DNA of 64,000 bases from Octopus sinensis (lineage: Eukaryota), in NCBI RefSeq assembly GCF_006345805.1, contig NC_043003.1, forward strand, positions 98,456,001 to 98,520,000. The letters are read 5' to 3'. The notes under the pieces are model-generated. The model was not told the origin of the DNA. It made no database searches and saw only the letters and a list, made by a program, of their open reading frames with translations. Below, one piece after another: positions 63,291 through 64,000 of the stretch. Each line of letters begins with the position of its first letter. Within the stretch, counting starts at the first letter, position 1. The position numbers and the translations under genes were made by a program.

Positions 63291-63868
63291 CTCATATTGA
63301 TATACAGGACTAGCCAAGAGTCAACCGACAGTAAATCAAAACCATTTAATTCCAAGACTTATCTATGTTTGACAATTGAATGAATTCAATAAAAGCATCT
63401 GAATATGAAACATCATGAAAATTGTTCAAACTGAAGTCCTTGAGCGACACATTTTTTCCATTCGAATCAATACAGAATTCCTGATAGTATTTACGGAATT
63501 TTGAATTACAGCAATTATATGAAACTAATGTGGCCCGTTTAAGACTTCCCATTGGCTTGCCCTCCTGGTATTCGGTCAGTTGACAACATTTAACACAGTT
63601 TCTTTTATTTACTGACGGAATCAAAAACACTGCAGCATTTAGGTTAGTTTATCTTGGTTCATATTTCAAAACTCAGCGAAGTCATTCATTCCATTTATTC
63701 AACCCCTGCATCTATTTGGAACTCATAAGATATCGATGTTGTTATTGTTGCACTTATTGTTTAGCCAAGATCAAATATGTTAGATCAGAACTACAATCTA
63801 AAGGCAGTCATCAGATGATCACCCCATCCTTACTGTCATGATTTATTTAATAATTAAATAATATGGAA

Positions 63869-64000
63869 GGCGGCAAGCTGTCAGATTCGGTAGCACGCCG
63901 GCCAAAGTTCTGAGCAACATTTTGTCCGTCTTCACATTCTAAGTTCAAATTCCAGCGAGGCTGACTTTGCCTATCACCCTTTCCTGGTCGATAAAATAAA
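63869..64000 (+). mobile_element. SINE family A (runs off window)
   Basis: GGCGGCAAGCTGTCAG...AAGTTCAAATTCC...CTTTGCCTATCACCC. Confidence 0.8.

Overview
AT-rich, repeat-saturated eukaryotic DNA. It is most likely intronic or intergenic sequence from an octopus-like cephalopod; that assignment is my inference from the SINE types and microsatellite load, not a database result. A 100-N scaffold gap lies at 47300-47399. I found no intact protein-coding gene, rRNA, tRNA or CRISPR array, and almost all ORFs in the supplied track are translations of microsatellites. The window holds at least four tRNA-derived SINE families and eight non-autonomous Helitrons, all on the minus strand. DNA-transposon remnants include several mariner fragments, a pogo-type MITE, a hAT-type MITE and a TTAA-flanked MITE. 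Retroelement remnants include a Gypsy integrase, two Penelope GIY-YIG fragments, CR1/L2-type LINE fragments and a young R4/Dong-like endonuclease fragment sitting in (TAA)n. The most notable observations are: an apparently intact minimal type-I hammerhead ribozyme (23321-23381) with degenerate relatives; a 21-nt microexon candidate with strong splice signals (54560-54580); a chain of nested perfect palindromes (42839-42973); a gap-free head-to-tail Helitron junction (62366/62367); one SINE head joined to up to four different 3' modules; a possible decayed SOCS-box exon (6432-6960); and a structured Pol III-like segment (22276-22380). Boundaries of degenerate elements are approximate, and all family assignments come from motif recognition by eye.
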